The position numbers and the translations under genes were made by a program. Below the pieces are notes generated by a model. That model saw only the letters and a program-made list of their open reading frames with translations. It was not told the DNA's origin and searched no databases. DNA of 64,000 bases from Botryllus schlosseri (Eukaryota): positions 2,666,001-2,730,000 of the forward strand of contig CM119386.1 in NCBI GenBank assembly GCA_051294905.1. Reading direction: 5' to 3'. This document shows positions 39,301 through 52,588 of the stretch, piece after piece (position 1 is the first letter of the stretch; each line of letters opens with the position of its first letter).

Positions 39301-42300
39301 GTCTCGCAGATAAGCCAGCCATTTGTCTTTCTCCAAAGCCGAATCGAACGATAGGTAAACGGAACCTTTGTACTTGTGGTATAAAGACATGATGTGTTGT
39401 GACGGTTTCTTATTCCCTTCTAGGGGCGATCCTAGCTTTTGCGAAAGTTCGGACACGTTCTCCATGATATAACCTGTTACCGGACATAGAATGGTTGGGG
39501 TTCCAGTGGGAATTTCATGGAAAGCAGGAATACAAACCAAAGTCTCGCAGATACGCTTTCAACATGTCACTCGAATGGGCTTCCACGTTGTCGATCACTT
39601 CGTAAATCGCGTGAGGAAGTATATAATTCGGCTTTTGCGCAGATATAAAAGCCTTAAGAGGAGTGGACATCGATGATTAGAGGGTGTGGGATATCAAAAG
39701 TTGTGGATATACAACATACATCCAATGCCGCACGTAATAAGATATTCATCACAATACCATTCACTTAGTATCGTCGTAGAAATCAGACGGGGACAGCGTA
39801 CAAGAATATAATTTACAATTTGACGAAATTTATGAAAATTTCTTACAGTGACATAAGTCAAAGTAATCTAGTTTACAAATATTCGTGCTTGGAATTGAAG
39901 CAGCGGAAATGCAAAGCTTTCGATTTCTTAACAGAGTACGAGTATGACGATATCATTTCACATGCGGCGCCAATCAATCAACAATTGGTTAGAGTATGTA
40001 GTTTGTGCTTCACATTACACCGATCATCGTTTCACTCTTTATCCAAGGCTTATTCATATCTTCATCTCAGTGAATTGGAATCACTTTTTATTAAAAGCTC
40101 AGCGCAACTCATATCTCTGTAAAAATTACCAATAACTTGACATTTCAATGGTCTCATTGTGATACTAGAACTACGGTATGTTTGAATGACTCTATACCTG
40201 TTTGATTTACTCCATTCAAGTTGATGATACTTTGATACTTCCTGATGAGAGTCAACCGAAAAGCTTCAAAGTTTAAATGTTACTGCGATATCATGTTACG
40301 TGTAACATCCAACACTGTCATATATGCAGACCACTACACTCGCTACTTTACTGTTGCTGATTTCAATTTTAAACCATGGTCAAAACTGAAATTCAATCCG
40401 TCATCGTTGGTGATGAGATAGGGGTCGCCACAACGTGCGTATTTATAAGACCGGTCTGTATTTCCAACTTGTGTGCAGTCTCAGTGATCATTACGGGTCA
40501 CAATCGCCACACTTACAGCGCTAACCTCAATAATGCACCGTAACTGGCACTGATTCAGTGATCAGGGGTGAACGAAAATGACGACAAATGTTTGATTTTA
40601 GTCTGCAGCTTCCCAAATTCAGCAGTAAGGCTTCTCAGATTCCTATTACAACCCGAAATTTTCAGCTGTCCCCATTTACGGACCCAAGTCTATGGCAACT
40701 GTGGTTTTCGAGTGCTCGAATCTGTAGCGAGTAGCAATTCTAATGATTCAAGTCTAGTAGTGATATATGTTATTATCGAGTACGGAAATTATACAATCCT
40801 CACCACAAGAGAAAAAAATCATTAACTACAAACCGAAACAAACTAAACCATGAGTCAATTTATCACCGGAATGATATTGATTTTCACCGTGGAATGCTCT
40901 TAAACCTCGATTGGTGGCATCGCAGCATACGAAACATTTTGTGCAGGGTTACGTGAGGTAGTGGATGAAATATCTGTGAATTCATGAGCAGTCTAGAGCG
41001 TAGTCACAAAGTACAATGAAATAGTTACGGTCGAAAAATACCCAATTATCCTCAATTTGATGTAGAAGTGGCATTATATACTTTGTGGTCGCGTAAAAGG
41101 TACACTACGTGTTCGAACTTTCTACATCATTCAGAATGTTGTGACGTCATAATCAGAAATACTTGACGCCTAATACTGATTTTGTGCGGAGCCTAGTTAT
41201 CGGTCAAGATTGAAGGATATTGAAAAATTCTTGCAAATTCAGTCATACCCATGTAGAAACAACTGCACGGCAACATTTTCGTTACACAGCCATTACCTTC
41301 TCCGACCCGTACACTTCCAGGACGTAAGTCGGTTGCAGGACGCAGTACACAGACTGCCACTTTTTCTCGTCTCGCATGATATGCAGTGACCCGGCAATCA
41401 GGGGTCTGTTGTAATTCTCCCACTGAAAATATATATCAGTGGTAAAACGCAAGTAGCATTCTAGGAATAATTTCAAACAATATGTGATGCAACAAACTGG
41501 TATATATATATGGGGTGGTCGGTTGGCGCAGTTCGTTATGGTATTGTTGGTATGTTTTACCTAATTGATTGAGGGCTAACTAGAAAATACAAGTAATAAA
41601 ATGTAACAAAATACACAGTCATTTTGTAGGCCTACTAAGAAAAATTATCTGCGTAATTATAGTTAATCATCTGAAAACACGCTAGTTGATGACTGGCTTT
41701 CATGATGACATGACACATCAATAATATTTGTCAAAAAATATATCAGACTTTATGCTACACAACTTGATACAAAATGTATTCAGCCGAGCATAAAATAAAT
41801 TAATGGTCTTGCATTACAGCTAATAATTTATTTATGACTTGCTCAACAGCGAACGAGACAAAGATAGAAAGAATTGCGGATGCTTTTAAAACTACTGAAA
41901 CCTGATCAAAAACTATTATATAGTGCATTATATATTTCGCTAAATAAACAATGGAAAGTGATACATGCAGTCACATATCTGAGGTAATTTAATAAGACAA
42001 TGGCCTATGTTCCATAATACTTCTCTAAAATTGGCTTTTCTACAACGTAACAGTTCAAATATGTCTGGATGGACTTGCACTTCAAAACAAACCTTCCTCT
42101 GTTCCATCAACAACACATGTATTTCATCTTTCCCCAACATATTCGCCCGTAGATTCTTGAATATACAGTACACATACGCACTCTTATATCTTTGTGCCAT
42201 TTCCGCTACGTACTTTTTGGTATCGGCTGTAATAAAATCACATAGATATTCAAAAATTGAGATGAAGCAAAGCTGAAATTGAAAAGTGAGGAGAAAATGA

Positions 42301-45300
42301 CGTGGAATAGTGATACTTTATTCTAGAGCAGTGGTTCTTAACCTTTTTTCGTCCAGCGCCCCCTTTCAAAAATTATCGTGCTCCAGCGCCCCCCTCAACT
42401 TCATATTGTAAGGAATGTAATAAAGACAATGAGTAAGAAGGAGGGCCGTAACAGCACTTCGTCAACCCCCCTAAAAACGATTGCCTTGCGCACCCATAGC
42501 GTGATAAACCGAACTTCTGAGGGCGTCGCCCCCACAAACCCCCCATCGTGATTTTGATGGTCAGCAAAGTTTGTGTGGCCTGGTCGCCCTAGGTACCAAA
42601 ATTTGCTATAATGCATGGTAATTACATTTATAAGTCGCTATAAACTTTTTATCCTCTCAGCCCACGTAATCAGATTTACCAGTAGCACTGAGTGAGCTTT
42701 TGTATAGGAAAATAAGGGGCACGTAATTAATAATTAAACATATTCGGGCGTTCCCGCAGGTACAATTATTCGTTACTAGGGCCGTAACAGCACTTCGTCA
42801 GCCCCCCTCCCCAAACATAAAACGTTGGTCCTGGGCCCCCATCGGGTGATAAACCAAACTTCCGGGTGACTTCGCTCCCAGAACCCCATTAGGCTGTCCG
42901 CTATTTGCTGATAGCCTATTAGGTATCTACATTGGGTGTACATTTACGGAGGGAGCTATTCTCGCCTAGTCGCGCGAAGTGCGAAAAATTTCACTAATTA
43001 ATGATTGAATTGGTCAATATCATCGGGAATTGCATGTAAATTGAGATCAATTTTTATCCTCTCTCTGCTCACGTAAACACATTTACCGGTAGAGCTGAGT
43101 TAGGTGCAATGTTCCCTCTAAGCTGCGCACTAGGGCTGTTCAAAAATAACTTTTTTTTCCCGATTCAAGCCGGTCACCTCTTAAATCGTCAGGTTGCAGT
43201 AGAAAACCTTGCTCACCAAATTTCACTCGATTCCAACCAGTAAAGGCCTCCGCAGATCCAATTAAAATTTTTAATTTATTATGGAAAATAAAAAATAAAA
43301 ATTTCCAAATTTTTCTGCCAACCCCATGAAATTGTTGAGCTGTCTTCAAAGACGTTGCAAAACAAATTTGAGTCAATTGTGACCAGTAGAAGCGGAGTTA
43401 TGTGAGTTTTTCGATGATATTTCTCGGATTATCCTGGATTGGTGGATAATCCGCGATTTATCAACGAAAAACTCACATAACTCCGCTTCTACTGGTCGGA
43501 ATTGACTCAAATTTGTTTTGCAACGTCTTTGAAGACAGCTCAACAATTTCATGGGGTTGGCAGAAAAATTGGGAAATTTTTATTTTATATTTTATATAAT
43601 AAATTAAAAATTTTAATTGGATCTGCGGAGGCCTTTACTGGTTGGAATCGAGTGAAATTTGGTGAGCAAGGTTTTCTACTGCAACCTGACGATTTAAGAG
43701 GTGACCGGCTTGAATCGGGAAAAAAAAGTTATTTTTGAACAGCCCTACTGCGCACGTGCGCAGTGCTGACACGGTCTCTGCGCACAGAAAATCTACGTTG
43801 CGCACAACAAATCCGGAGTTATTACCTTTTTTTAGTCGTTACGCACTGTTGTCCAAGGGTCAGCGCAGTGAGTTGTTGAGTGTGCTCAGACTCATCAAAA
43901 CTTAAAGCGAACAATGTGAGGTTTTCGGAAACTGTAGGGCCCGTTACCAATAATTAAACATATTCGGGCAGGCGAACCCGTTGCATGATGTTATTTCGTG
44001 ACCCCCTGTCTGCAATATCAAAAAATATAGAATCGCTCAACGGGGATATCGCTCAACAGGAATATCCCTGTCGCCCAATCGTACTAAACTAAAAGACGCA
44101 CGCGATTCCAGATTGGTATTTCTTCACCGACATATAATTTTTCCCTGCCAGATGGAATTCGTCTTCTGGGGTTCAGATTTCCAAGACAGGAACATTTGGT
44201 GTCAGTCATTTAGGCGCCCATGGACAATTAAACCTATATGTATTTTGAAGGCTATATGTAACGTAGTTTTCGGTGTTAATTTGCTCTGAATACTCATTAA
44301 GGATATGTCCTATCACCACATCATCCACTGCGAAGCCATTTTTCTCCAGCGCCCCCCATACCGCCCCCCTGAGCCCAGCGCCCCCCATATCGCCCCCTGA
44401 GCGTTTCCGCCCCCCTTCAACATCGCCAGCGCCCCCTGGGGGGCGCTGGGGGCAAGGTTAAGAACCACTGTTCTAGAGAATGTTTTGCCATAGTTCATTG
44501 ATACTGCATTGATAAAAAACCAAACTTAAAAAATACTGACCAATACAGCATATAAAGTGGATTTGTCCTCATAAATTAAATCCAAGTTGTAATGAGTCAT
44601 TGCACACCAGATATTATTCTGTTGCGTTATAGTATCATTTAACTCGTTGTATAGGTCTAAGTCAGTGGTTCTCAACCTGGGGGGCGTGAAAGCATCTGAA
44701 GGGGAGCGCGAAGAAGCGGTCAACTGAAAAACTTTTTCCCTACAATTCATGCGTGTTTCTCTATATATATAGAACGAATTTCATATTTTTGAATTCTCTC
44801 ATCAACAGTCATAACCAGCTTCCATGCCATCAAACAGTGTTGGTTGGATTTTGTGATAAATTTTCCCTATCATAAAGGGGGGCGTGTCTAAAAAAAGGTT
44901 GAAAACCACTGGTCTAGGGTAAGATATAATACCCATTGTGAATTTAAGTTATTTGTGTGTCCTTCACCCCGAGAGTCCTTGCCAAACGATACAATTGTTG
45001 ACGTATATGGATATTAGAGTACAAGACAATCAATTCAGAGTACTGGTATGTCCTAGATATTGGCCTGTGGACAATGGGAATTTAATGCCTTTGGTGGTGG
45101 AATTTCTATTAGGCCTACTTGATTGTTTTAATAGATTGTTGTAATTGGATGGATTGGAATGATACAAATTTGCTTTGAGCAAGTGTCCATAGCATTCATA
45201 TGCAAGTACCAGCTGGATTGAGACAGACTCATGAAAGATTTATAATGTTTGACGCTTGAGCTTGTTAAATATGCACAGAGGTAATGATAGGCCTTAAATA

Positions 45301-46764
45301 TTCGTCAGCAAATATTAGAAAAGCCATAATATGAGTGTCATTAAAAACAGCTCGTAAACTCTGTAACTCACACTCATTTCAGCTCATATTTTTTCATCAC
45401 CGAGAAAAATCTGAGAGAAGCGTTGATTTGTCAAGAACAATTTCAGGATATTGGCAATACATAATCTGAATTGGTAACGATTTTTATGACCTACTATAAT
45501 ATCTTTACGTTTCGGCACGGCAATGAACTAGGATATGCTATTAATTATATTAGGGATTTATATTCCCACTTGAAATTTCAAACGCAGGTCAGGACAATCA
45601 ATTGAAAACATTACATGTCTCATTCTTAGAAGAAATGTACTACAGACAGCATTATAATAATGGAATCATAATTCATCAGCATCTTCTTTCAAAATTTATG
45701 AAACATTAGTTATGCTACATGCTGGATTGTGGTCCTTTAATTTAAATTGAGATGCTATTTGTAACAATATTACTGTGACTTAGAGGTCAATAATAAATAA
45801 AAATTATGTAACATAATCATAATTTGAACGGATTCTTGCACAATTCGCATTTCAGTATTCTTTAGTCCCGTCAGTCAATGAGCTTACAGTGAGCAGGCCT
45901 ATTTTATTTGTATTTTTAGTATACTAAATTAAAACGTCACATGATTGATTAGGCTACCAAATACCATGAATCTAGGCCTGGGTGTGAAAATTAGCCAGAA
46001 AATAAATTGTTCAATAAAAGGTTTGGTCCAGTCAGTAGCGATACAATAATAACCTCAAAACTATTGTCATAGGAACATTATACCACAAATCTATCAACTT
46101 ACAAGGTCTCAATGTTAAACTAGTTCACCCCTGCATCAATGTCATATACATGCCACGCATCGCTGACATCAGGAAAATTATATTATTATGGTTAAAAGTG
46201 AAATTTTACATATGATCTTGATTCTTGACCCAGCATTTCATTGGCAATACAGAGGGGGGGGGAGAGAGACAGAGATTTTTTTACACCAACCGATGATCAA
46301 AAAAATTGGACTGAGAATAATTCATTCAATCATTGGAAATTATGGATCATGGCTGCACAAATACAAATGAATTAAAAATTCATCACAATTAACAGGTAAA
46401 ATTATGAGGATTACACATACGTGGAGGAAGAGAGTTTATTCGTATGCACCATGGTTCATCGAGGTGCTTGGAAGGCGGCGATGCTCGAAGCATAGGGACT
46501 TCAAGGTTTATTAGCTCAGGGTCAGACTCAGTCAGTGCCACCAACATTATGCTATTTCAAATATATATAATTCTAGCAATACGACACCATGCGTAAGTCC
46601 GCATAAGTATGGTTGTGGGCAAGTGAAATTGGTTTGAAACAATACAATGCCGACGCAATTCTGTGATCAGGCCTGAACGAATGCAAAGATACCATTGGGG
46701 AAAGCTCACCGATTATTTCTTGATGCCTTTCATACCACATGTACTTGGTCATTAATTCCCCCAT
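24355..46764 (-). CDS. Niban/FAM129-like PH-domain protein, 16 coding exons, about 594 aa
   Basis: Exons: 46710-46764, 42093-42226, 41297-41422, 39538-39652, 39282-39473, 38898-39013, 37945-38079, 32076-32208, 31302-31387, 30652-30794, 30151-30277, 29396-29509, 28522-28629, 24579-24687, 24431-24508, 24355-24368. All have AG/GT ends with continuous phase; total 1785 nt. Motifs match recalled NIBAN1/2: KKWQSVYCVLQPTYVLEVY, LYHKYKGSVYLSFDSALEKDKWLAYLRD, TFNEVRETF..EHLDR, LDHAVFTFE, KFAHDAKS, YQEIVPQD. The 14-nt last exon is tentative. Confidence 0.85.
25111..25693. mobile_element. hAT-type MITE
   Basis: CAGGGGTGGCCAACC...GGTTGGCCGGCCCTG; perfect 8-bp TSD AGGTAGAG. Confidence 0.8.
29190..29330 (-). 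repeat. Possible tRNA-derived SINE head
   Basis: Minus strand reads GTGTGGAGCGTCCGGCTTCTTGAACGGTAGGGGGTGGGTTCAATCCCCGGCTGG, with a B-box-like GGTTCAATCCC; no complete cloverleaf recognised. Confidence 0.4.
33605..36083 (-). mobile_element. Degenerate, internally deleted THAP/P-superfamily DNA transposon
   Basis: About 90-bp TIRs starting CGGGGCCTACGATAT; flanking direct repeat GTAACCC (33598-33604 and 36084-36090). Frameshifted THAP domain from ATG 35503 (MVNKCCAYGC...KWISFVN..DWKPTKNYVICALHFE...LWDRKPVHTI). Transposase-like remnants KAPK...SKQNVNLALA.F.ESTI (about 34700-34850) and 34308-34529. Confidence 0.8.
36135..36975. mobile_element. About 840-bp non-autonomous hAT-type element, copy 2
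   Basis: TAGGGTGGTTTTTTTT...AAAAAAAACCGCCCTA; 8-bp flanks CTTATCAC/ATTATCAC. Confidence 0.8.
42329..44470. mobile_element. Non-autonomous hAT element, copy A (Niban intron 1), carrying a nested palindromic MITE
   Basis: TIR CAGTGGTTCTTAACC...GGTTAAGAACCACTG; perfect TSD TTCTAGAG; collinear with 46972-48843. Confidence 0.9.
43131..43747. mobile_element. Near-perfect palindromic hAT MITE (about 300-bp arms)
   Basis: TAGGGCTGTTCAAAAATAAC...GTTATTTTTGAACAGCCCTA; 8-bp TSD CTGCGCAC; empty site in paralogous copy B near 48109-48116. Single-arm relatives start near 8616, 19836 and 22789. Confidence 0.92.
44663..44912. mobile_element. Short MITE (CAGTGGTTCTCAACC family)
   Basis: CAGTGGTTCTCAACCTGGGGGGCGTGAAAGC...GGTTGAAAACCACTG; similar copy near 21668-21962 and fragments near 49083 and 49640-49735. 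Confidence 0.7.
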
Positions 46765-46971
46765 AACGTAGTGTCTCGAGTTCACTCAACACCTGTGAGG
46801 TTCTTGTTCGCTGCTATGCTATCTGAACGACCGATTAATCCCGACGTTTGTGATGATCGGCCATCATGTTCACGATCTTTATAAACAATACAATGCGCAA
46901 CAGTGCGTGACTTGCATGGAGTCAGCACTATAGAGGATGTCTTACTAGAGGATGTCTTACATCCTCTATAT

Positions 46972-48843
46972 CAGTGGTTCTTAACCTTTTTTCCTCCAGC
47001 GCCCCCTTTCAAAAATTTTCGTGCTCCAGCGCCCCCCAACCTCATATTGTAAGGAATGTAATAAAGACAATGAGAAAGAGTGAGGGCCGTATCAGCAATT
47101 CGTCAACCCCCCTAAAAACGATTGCCTTGCGCACCCATTGCGTGATAAACCAAACTTCTGAGGGCTTCGCTTCCAAGAACCCCGTAGCGTGATTTCGATG
47201 GTCAGCAAAGTTTGGGTGGCCTGATCGCCCTAGGTACCAAAATATTCTTTAATGCATGAATGAATACGTGGTTATTACATATTAAAGTCGCTATAAACTT
47301 TTTTTCCTCTCAGCCCACGTAATCAGATTTACCAGTAGCGCCGAGTGAGCTGTTGTATTGGAAAATAAAGGGCACGTAATTAATAATTAAAAATATTCGG
47401 GCGTGCCCGTGGGTACAAATAATTCGTTATCAGGGCCGTAACAGCACTTCGTCAGCCCCCCCCCCAAAAAAAAAAACGTTGGTCTTGGGCCCCCCATCGG
47501 GTGATAAAAAAAAACTTCCGGGGGGTTTCGCCCCCGGACCCCCCTTCGGCTATCCGCTATTTTCTGATACTAGTCATCTACATTGGGTGTCCATTTACTG
47601 AGCCAGCTATTCTCGCCTAGACGCACGAAGAGCGAAAAATTTCAAGAATTAATGATTGAATTGGTCAATATGATCGGGAATTGCATGTAAGGGTCTATAT
47701 TGATATCAATTTTATCCTCTCTCTGCTCACGTAAACAGATTTACCGATAGAGCTGAGTGATGTGTGGTTGAAAAGGTAGGACCCCTCAATAATAATTATA
47801 CATCTTCAGGCGTATACCCGTTGGCAGGAACGAAACGGCACTTCGTCAGGCCCCCCGAAAAAAATTGGGTCTTGGGCTCCCATAGGATGATAAAACGACC
47901 ACCCCCCATCACGTTGTTCGCTTTTGCCACGAAATCAGCTGTACTGTTTAGCGAGCCAGTGCGAAGCGCAAAAATTTTCGATAATTCATGATAAAATCGG
48001 TCAATAAGATCGGGAATTGCATTTATATTGCTATCAATCTCTTGTCCTCTCTGCTCACGTTACCAGATTTACCGGTAGAGCTGAGTGAGGTGCAATGTTC
48101 CCTCTAAGCTGCGCACGTGCGCAGTGCTGACACGGTCTCTGCGCACAGAAAATCTACGTTGCGCACAACAAATCCGAAGTTATGACCTTTTTTCAGTCGT
48201 TACACCCTGATGTCCAAGGGTCTGCACAGTGAGTTGTTGAGTGTGCGCAGACTCGTCAAAACGCAGAGGGAACATTGTGAGGTGTCTTGGAAACTGTAGG
48301 GCCCGTAACTAATAATTAAATATATTCGGGCGGGTGGACCCATTGGTATAACTTCGTTGCATGATGTTATTTCGTGACCCCCTGTCTGCTATATCAAAAA
48401 ATATAGAATCGCCCAACAGGGATATCAAGTTTTATATATCCCTGTCGCCCAATCGTACTAAACTAAAAGACGCACACGATTTCAAATTGGTATCTCTTGA
48501 CTGGCATATAATTTTTCCCTGCCAGATGGAATTCGTCTTCTGAGATTCTGATTGCCAAGACAGGAACATTCGCTGCCAGTCATTTAGGCGCCCATGGACA
48601 ATTAAACCTACATGTCTTTTGTAGGCTGTATATAACGAAGTTTTCGGTGTTAATTTGCTCTGAATACTCATTAAGGATATGTCCTACCACCACATCATCT
48701 ACTGCGAAGCCATTTTTCTCCAGCGCCCCCCATAGCGCCCCCCTGAGCCCAGCGCCCCCCATATCGCCCCCCGAGCGTTTCCGCCCCCTTCAAAATCTCC
48801 AGCGCCCCATGGGGGGCGCTGGAGGCAAGGTTAAGAACCACTG
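46972..48843. mobile_element. Non-autonomous hAT element, copy B (about 200 bp upstream of the Niban ATG)
   Basis: Same TIRs as copy A; perfect TSD CTCTATAT; internal tandem units starting GGGCCGTAACAGCACTTCGTC. Confidence 0.9.
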
Positions 48844-50550
48844 CTCTATATCGACACTGAGCTATATAAAATGGTGTTGATTTTTGTTGATTCTTCGCGT
48901 AGCGAAAATGTACAATATGCCCTCTTTTTTCAAGAAATGTAAAATCTCCTCTTTTTATAGCTTTGAGAGTTATGCGACTGCACGTACAAAGACAACTAAA
49001 AAATGTCGTAATGGACGTAAAAACTGGTCTCCGACGAGATCTGAGCAAATTTACATAGTACACAACACACGCTACGCTAGAGCAGTGGTTCTCAACCTGG
49101 GGGGCCACTATTTAGACTACCGATACAATCGACAATCCTGATGGGGGGTCAAGAAATAACAGCATGCAACAAAGTGACTATAATAACAATTGGCCCACCC
49201 GAAGGTGCATTATCATTTATAGCTTGCCCTAAATTTTTGAAAGCACTCCCTCCATGAACCCTACTGGTGAATCTGATCACATGGGCTGGGAAAGGATAAA
49301 TATTTGAAAGTAATATGTGATACTGCTACTATTAATTACGGAATTAATTCGTGAATCTGCAAAATTTTCGCGTTCCGCGCGACAATATGCAATCCCAGCA
49401 TAACATTGACACTCGCGATTTCGGTGCGTACAATATGCCGTTATGAAAAGTAGAATAGTCCGGAGTTCACCGGGAATGGATATGGACTTGACATATTAAC
49501 ATAGGCATTTATAGGTATGTATAGGCTAGTTCATTACAACTATATATGCCCTGGAATGCGGCTACATAAGTAATCGAAATACGGCGGTGATTAGTAAAAA
49601 GGTTGCCTACCTCTGTATTAGATGATGTGCTTTTTTGACATGACGATTAGTGCGAGGGGGGGGGGTCAGGGGGCGCAATTTTTTGATTCGACAAGGGTAG
49701 CGCATGTCCAAAAAGGTTGAGAACCGCTGCGCTGGAGTCTAGACAGTAGTTCCCAACCTTTTTCGACTCATCGCGAGATGACTTGAAAAAAAAAGGTCAT
49801 TTCACCGACTTGACTCCAATATAGCCGTTTTAACGCGCCATCGCCCCCTTCGTTATTTTCGTCCCCAAGACCGCCAAATCGCCCACGTTGGGAACCACTG
49901 CGCTAGTAGGTTGACTACAAAGGGTCAATTGCAACCGCATGGGAATATGGGTCTTTCTGGAGTCCATTCGGATAAATGATCATTTTTAGGCAACCCAAAA
50001 CTAATTGCCGTGAAAACTTCCAAATTACACTTCTCTCGTCCGCTATTATATCTTTTGTAACTTACAGTAAAAAGTGTCTTTTTTTCTGATCTCAAAATAT
50101 GGTAACCCTACTTGATCATATACTAAGGATAATATTTTATTAGCGAAAATTATAGTATCATTACTTTATTCCGACATTGTTGGAACCTCGGAACCTGTAA
50201 ACCCCGGTTGACCGTAACCAAGGCCGTAACTGCCGCACCCAAAAGCCCCAATTGCAATCAGGAGCGAGCTCAAAGATGGCCCAAAATTATTTCGTAAATT
50301 AACATGAATTATAGAGTATTTTCAGATGTTTATAAAACTTTTTTCATATTATCTTCGCGTCACGCGCAATTCCTTGTCGTTATCTGTCTTGATATTCATA
50401 TATGGATTCTCCCCCCCCAAACAAAATAGCGCATCAAATATGCCGGACCCGATGTGTGGAACAGTATCCCGCCGGCCATCCGACAGTCGAAAGCATGTCC
50501 TCATTCAAGTCGAAATATAAGCATTAAGCAATTACTACTAAATGACTACT

Positions 50551-50825
50551 AGTCCATCCTCAAGATTACCGGACCACGACTGACCTATCGATCTCGCCTT
50601 CCATGACATGCCACCTCATTTCTTGTTGCTTGCTTTTTCCCTATACTATCTTCTTTACTTTTCATTCAGTGTGCATGCCTCCTCTTTACATCGCTTAGGC
50701 CAAGGTGGGTGTCTGATTCCATAGACTACTCCAAGTCGCTTCGACACCTTCCTATCTTTTCATTGTATCGCATTTTGTGGTATATTGAACTGATAAAATT
50801 GCTAATAAAACCAATGATGATCATG
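50551..50825 (+). repeat. Copy of the same retroposon-like repeat, nearly identical to 11541-11820
   Basis: Same 5' start AGTCCATCCTCAAGATTACCGGACCACGAC and same body. Confidence 0.75.
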
Positions 50826-51166
50826 ATTTATAGAGTTATATAAGCATTCCGGAGTCTGCTATTACCGCGGGTAACGACATACCAATACGTTGATAATGAC
50901 GTTTTCGGCTAACATGCAACTCTGCTGCGAAGTGTGCTGTCAAACAGCTCGGTGCTCGGAAACCTTGACCCCAAAGGACCGCCTCATGTTGCCGAACCGA
51001 TATATGTCGAATTTACAGGCGCCTGATAGATATACTTGTCCTGACAAACTGAGCCTCACATTACAAATGCCACCCGCAGAGACTTTGAGTCGTGTGCGTC
51101 GCACGGAAGAAGTTCTTTAGGTCTGGTAAAGTTTCAGCGATTCCGAAATCTTTTGACTATATATAG

Positions 51167-51857
51167 CAGTGTTGGGATGGCTCGAGTCATGACTTGACAT
51201 GCCACCTCATTTTGTCGCTTTGCGTCTTATATTCTCTGCATTACATTTCATTCAGTGTGCATGCCTCTTATTTACTTCGCCTAGGCTAAGGTGGGTGTCC
51301 GATCTTAATGGCTACTCCAAGTTTGTTTCGACACCTTCCTATCTTTTCATTGTATCGCAGTCTTGTGATGTTTTGAAACGGTGAAAATATTAATAAACCT
51401 GATTGATTGATTGACTCGAGTCACTTAGCAAAACGACTGACTTGTCTCGGCGCTTCAAAAATGCGGATTGACTCGTGACTCAAAGCAAAGTTATGAGTCA
51501 ATTTCAAGTCGTCAAGTATACGGTGTCGATGGAATCACTGTATTTTGTGTATGATTCGTATTGTTCGCGATACGCCGGTGTCAGTTTGTGAGAGTATAAC
51601 CATAGCTATTATATAGTCATTCCCTGATGCTCCATTATTACATCACAAATAAATTGACCAGAAACTAAATGATCACAGCTTACGTTGTCGTAGTAATCGT
51701 CACTGATACTTCGAAAATTCAATTTGACTTGAATTGTGACTTGACTTGACTCGAGTCACCTTCGAAAATCGATTGACTTGACTTGACTCGAGTCAAAATG
51801 CGCAATGACTCGAGATGACTCGTGACTCGAAGGTATGGTGACTTAATCCCAACACTG
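51167..51857. mobile_element. hAT-type MITE rich in GACTCGAGTC/TTGAC motifs, with nested retroposon-like repeat (about 51195-51412)
   Basis: TIR CAGTGTTGGGAT...ATCCCAACACTG; flanks ATATATAG/CTATATAG. Confidence 0.75.
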
Positions 51858-52338
51858 CTATATAGCAGACGGAAGGTCACGAAAAAACGATAACACACAA
51901 CAAAATGAGTGATAACAACGCGCCCACCCGCAGATACATATATAAGTATTGATTACATGCCCTAAATTTTCGAAAACTCCAAGTCCGTCAGTATAAACCA
52001 GGGGTGACCAACCTGCGGCAGTAGAAGTAAATTTGTACGGCCGTTGGACGCGTGTAACTCAATTAGTAATTGTTTGCGGCCGTCGACATGCAAATTGAAT
52101 TTACGAATTGACTCCCGAATTTTTGAGAGATAATAATTAATCTTAAACCCGAAGATCAATCATCTTTTATAAGTTGCCCTGAATTTTCGAAAACATCCCC
52201 TCCCACAACTCTACCGGTAAATCTGATATCATATGGGCTGAGAGAGGGAAATTCACCTGTGAATTTGAAAATTTTCGCGCTTGGCGCGACCATAACGGAT
52301 ACGGGCCCGATTCATAACGTGACCACTCGTGATTTGGG

Positions 52339-52588
52339 CAGAGGTGGTCAGTAACGAAGTACTTCTACTTTGTGAAGTAAATTTTGCCTACTCACACTAC
52401 TCTTTAGTAGTTATGATTTCAGACTACTTCTACTTCTACTTGACAGTTTTCAGTTTTGTAGGCGAAAATAAGCGGCCTAGAATAGCTACTTACTTACTTG
52501 TGAACCATCACTCCTACTTCGAGTAGAAATTCCGCCGTTACTTCTACTTCTACTTGAGCAGTGACGGTGACTACTTTGACCACCTCTG
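52339..52588. mobile_element. hAT-type MITE with CTACTT repeats
   Basis: TIR CAGAGGTGGTCA...TGACCACCTCTG; flanks GATTTGGG/GATTTTGG. Partial copies near 24759, 26480-26650 and 31425-31590. Confidence 0.75.

Noticed and set aside
41510-41550. tRNA-like A-box fragment GGTTGGCGCAGTTCGTTATGG
   Set aside because: No B-box or cloverleaf follows; at most a SINE remnant.
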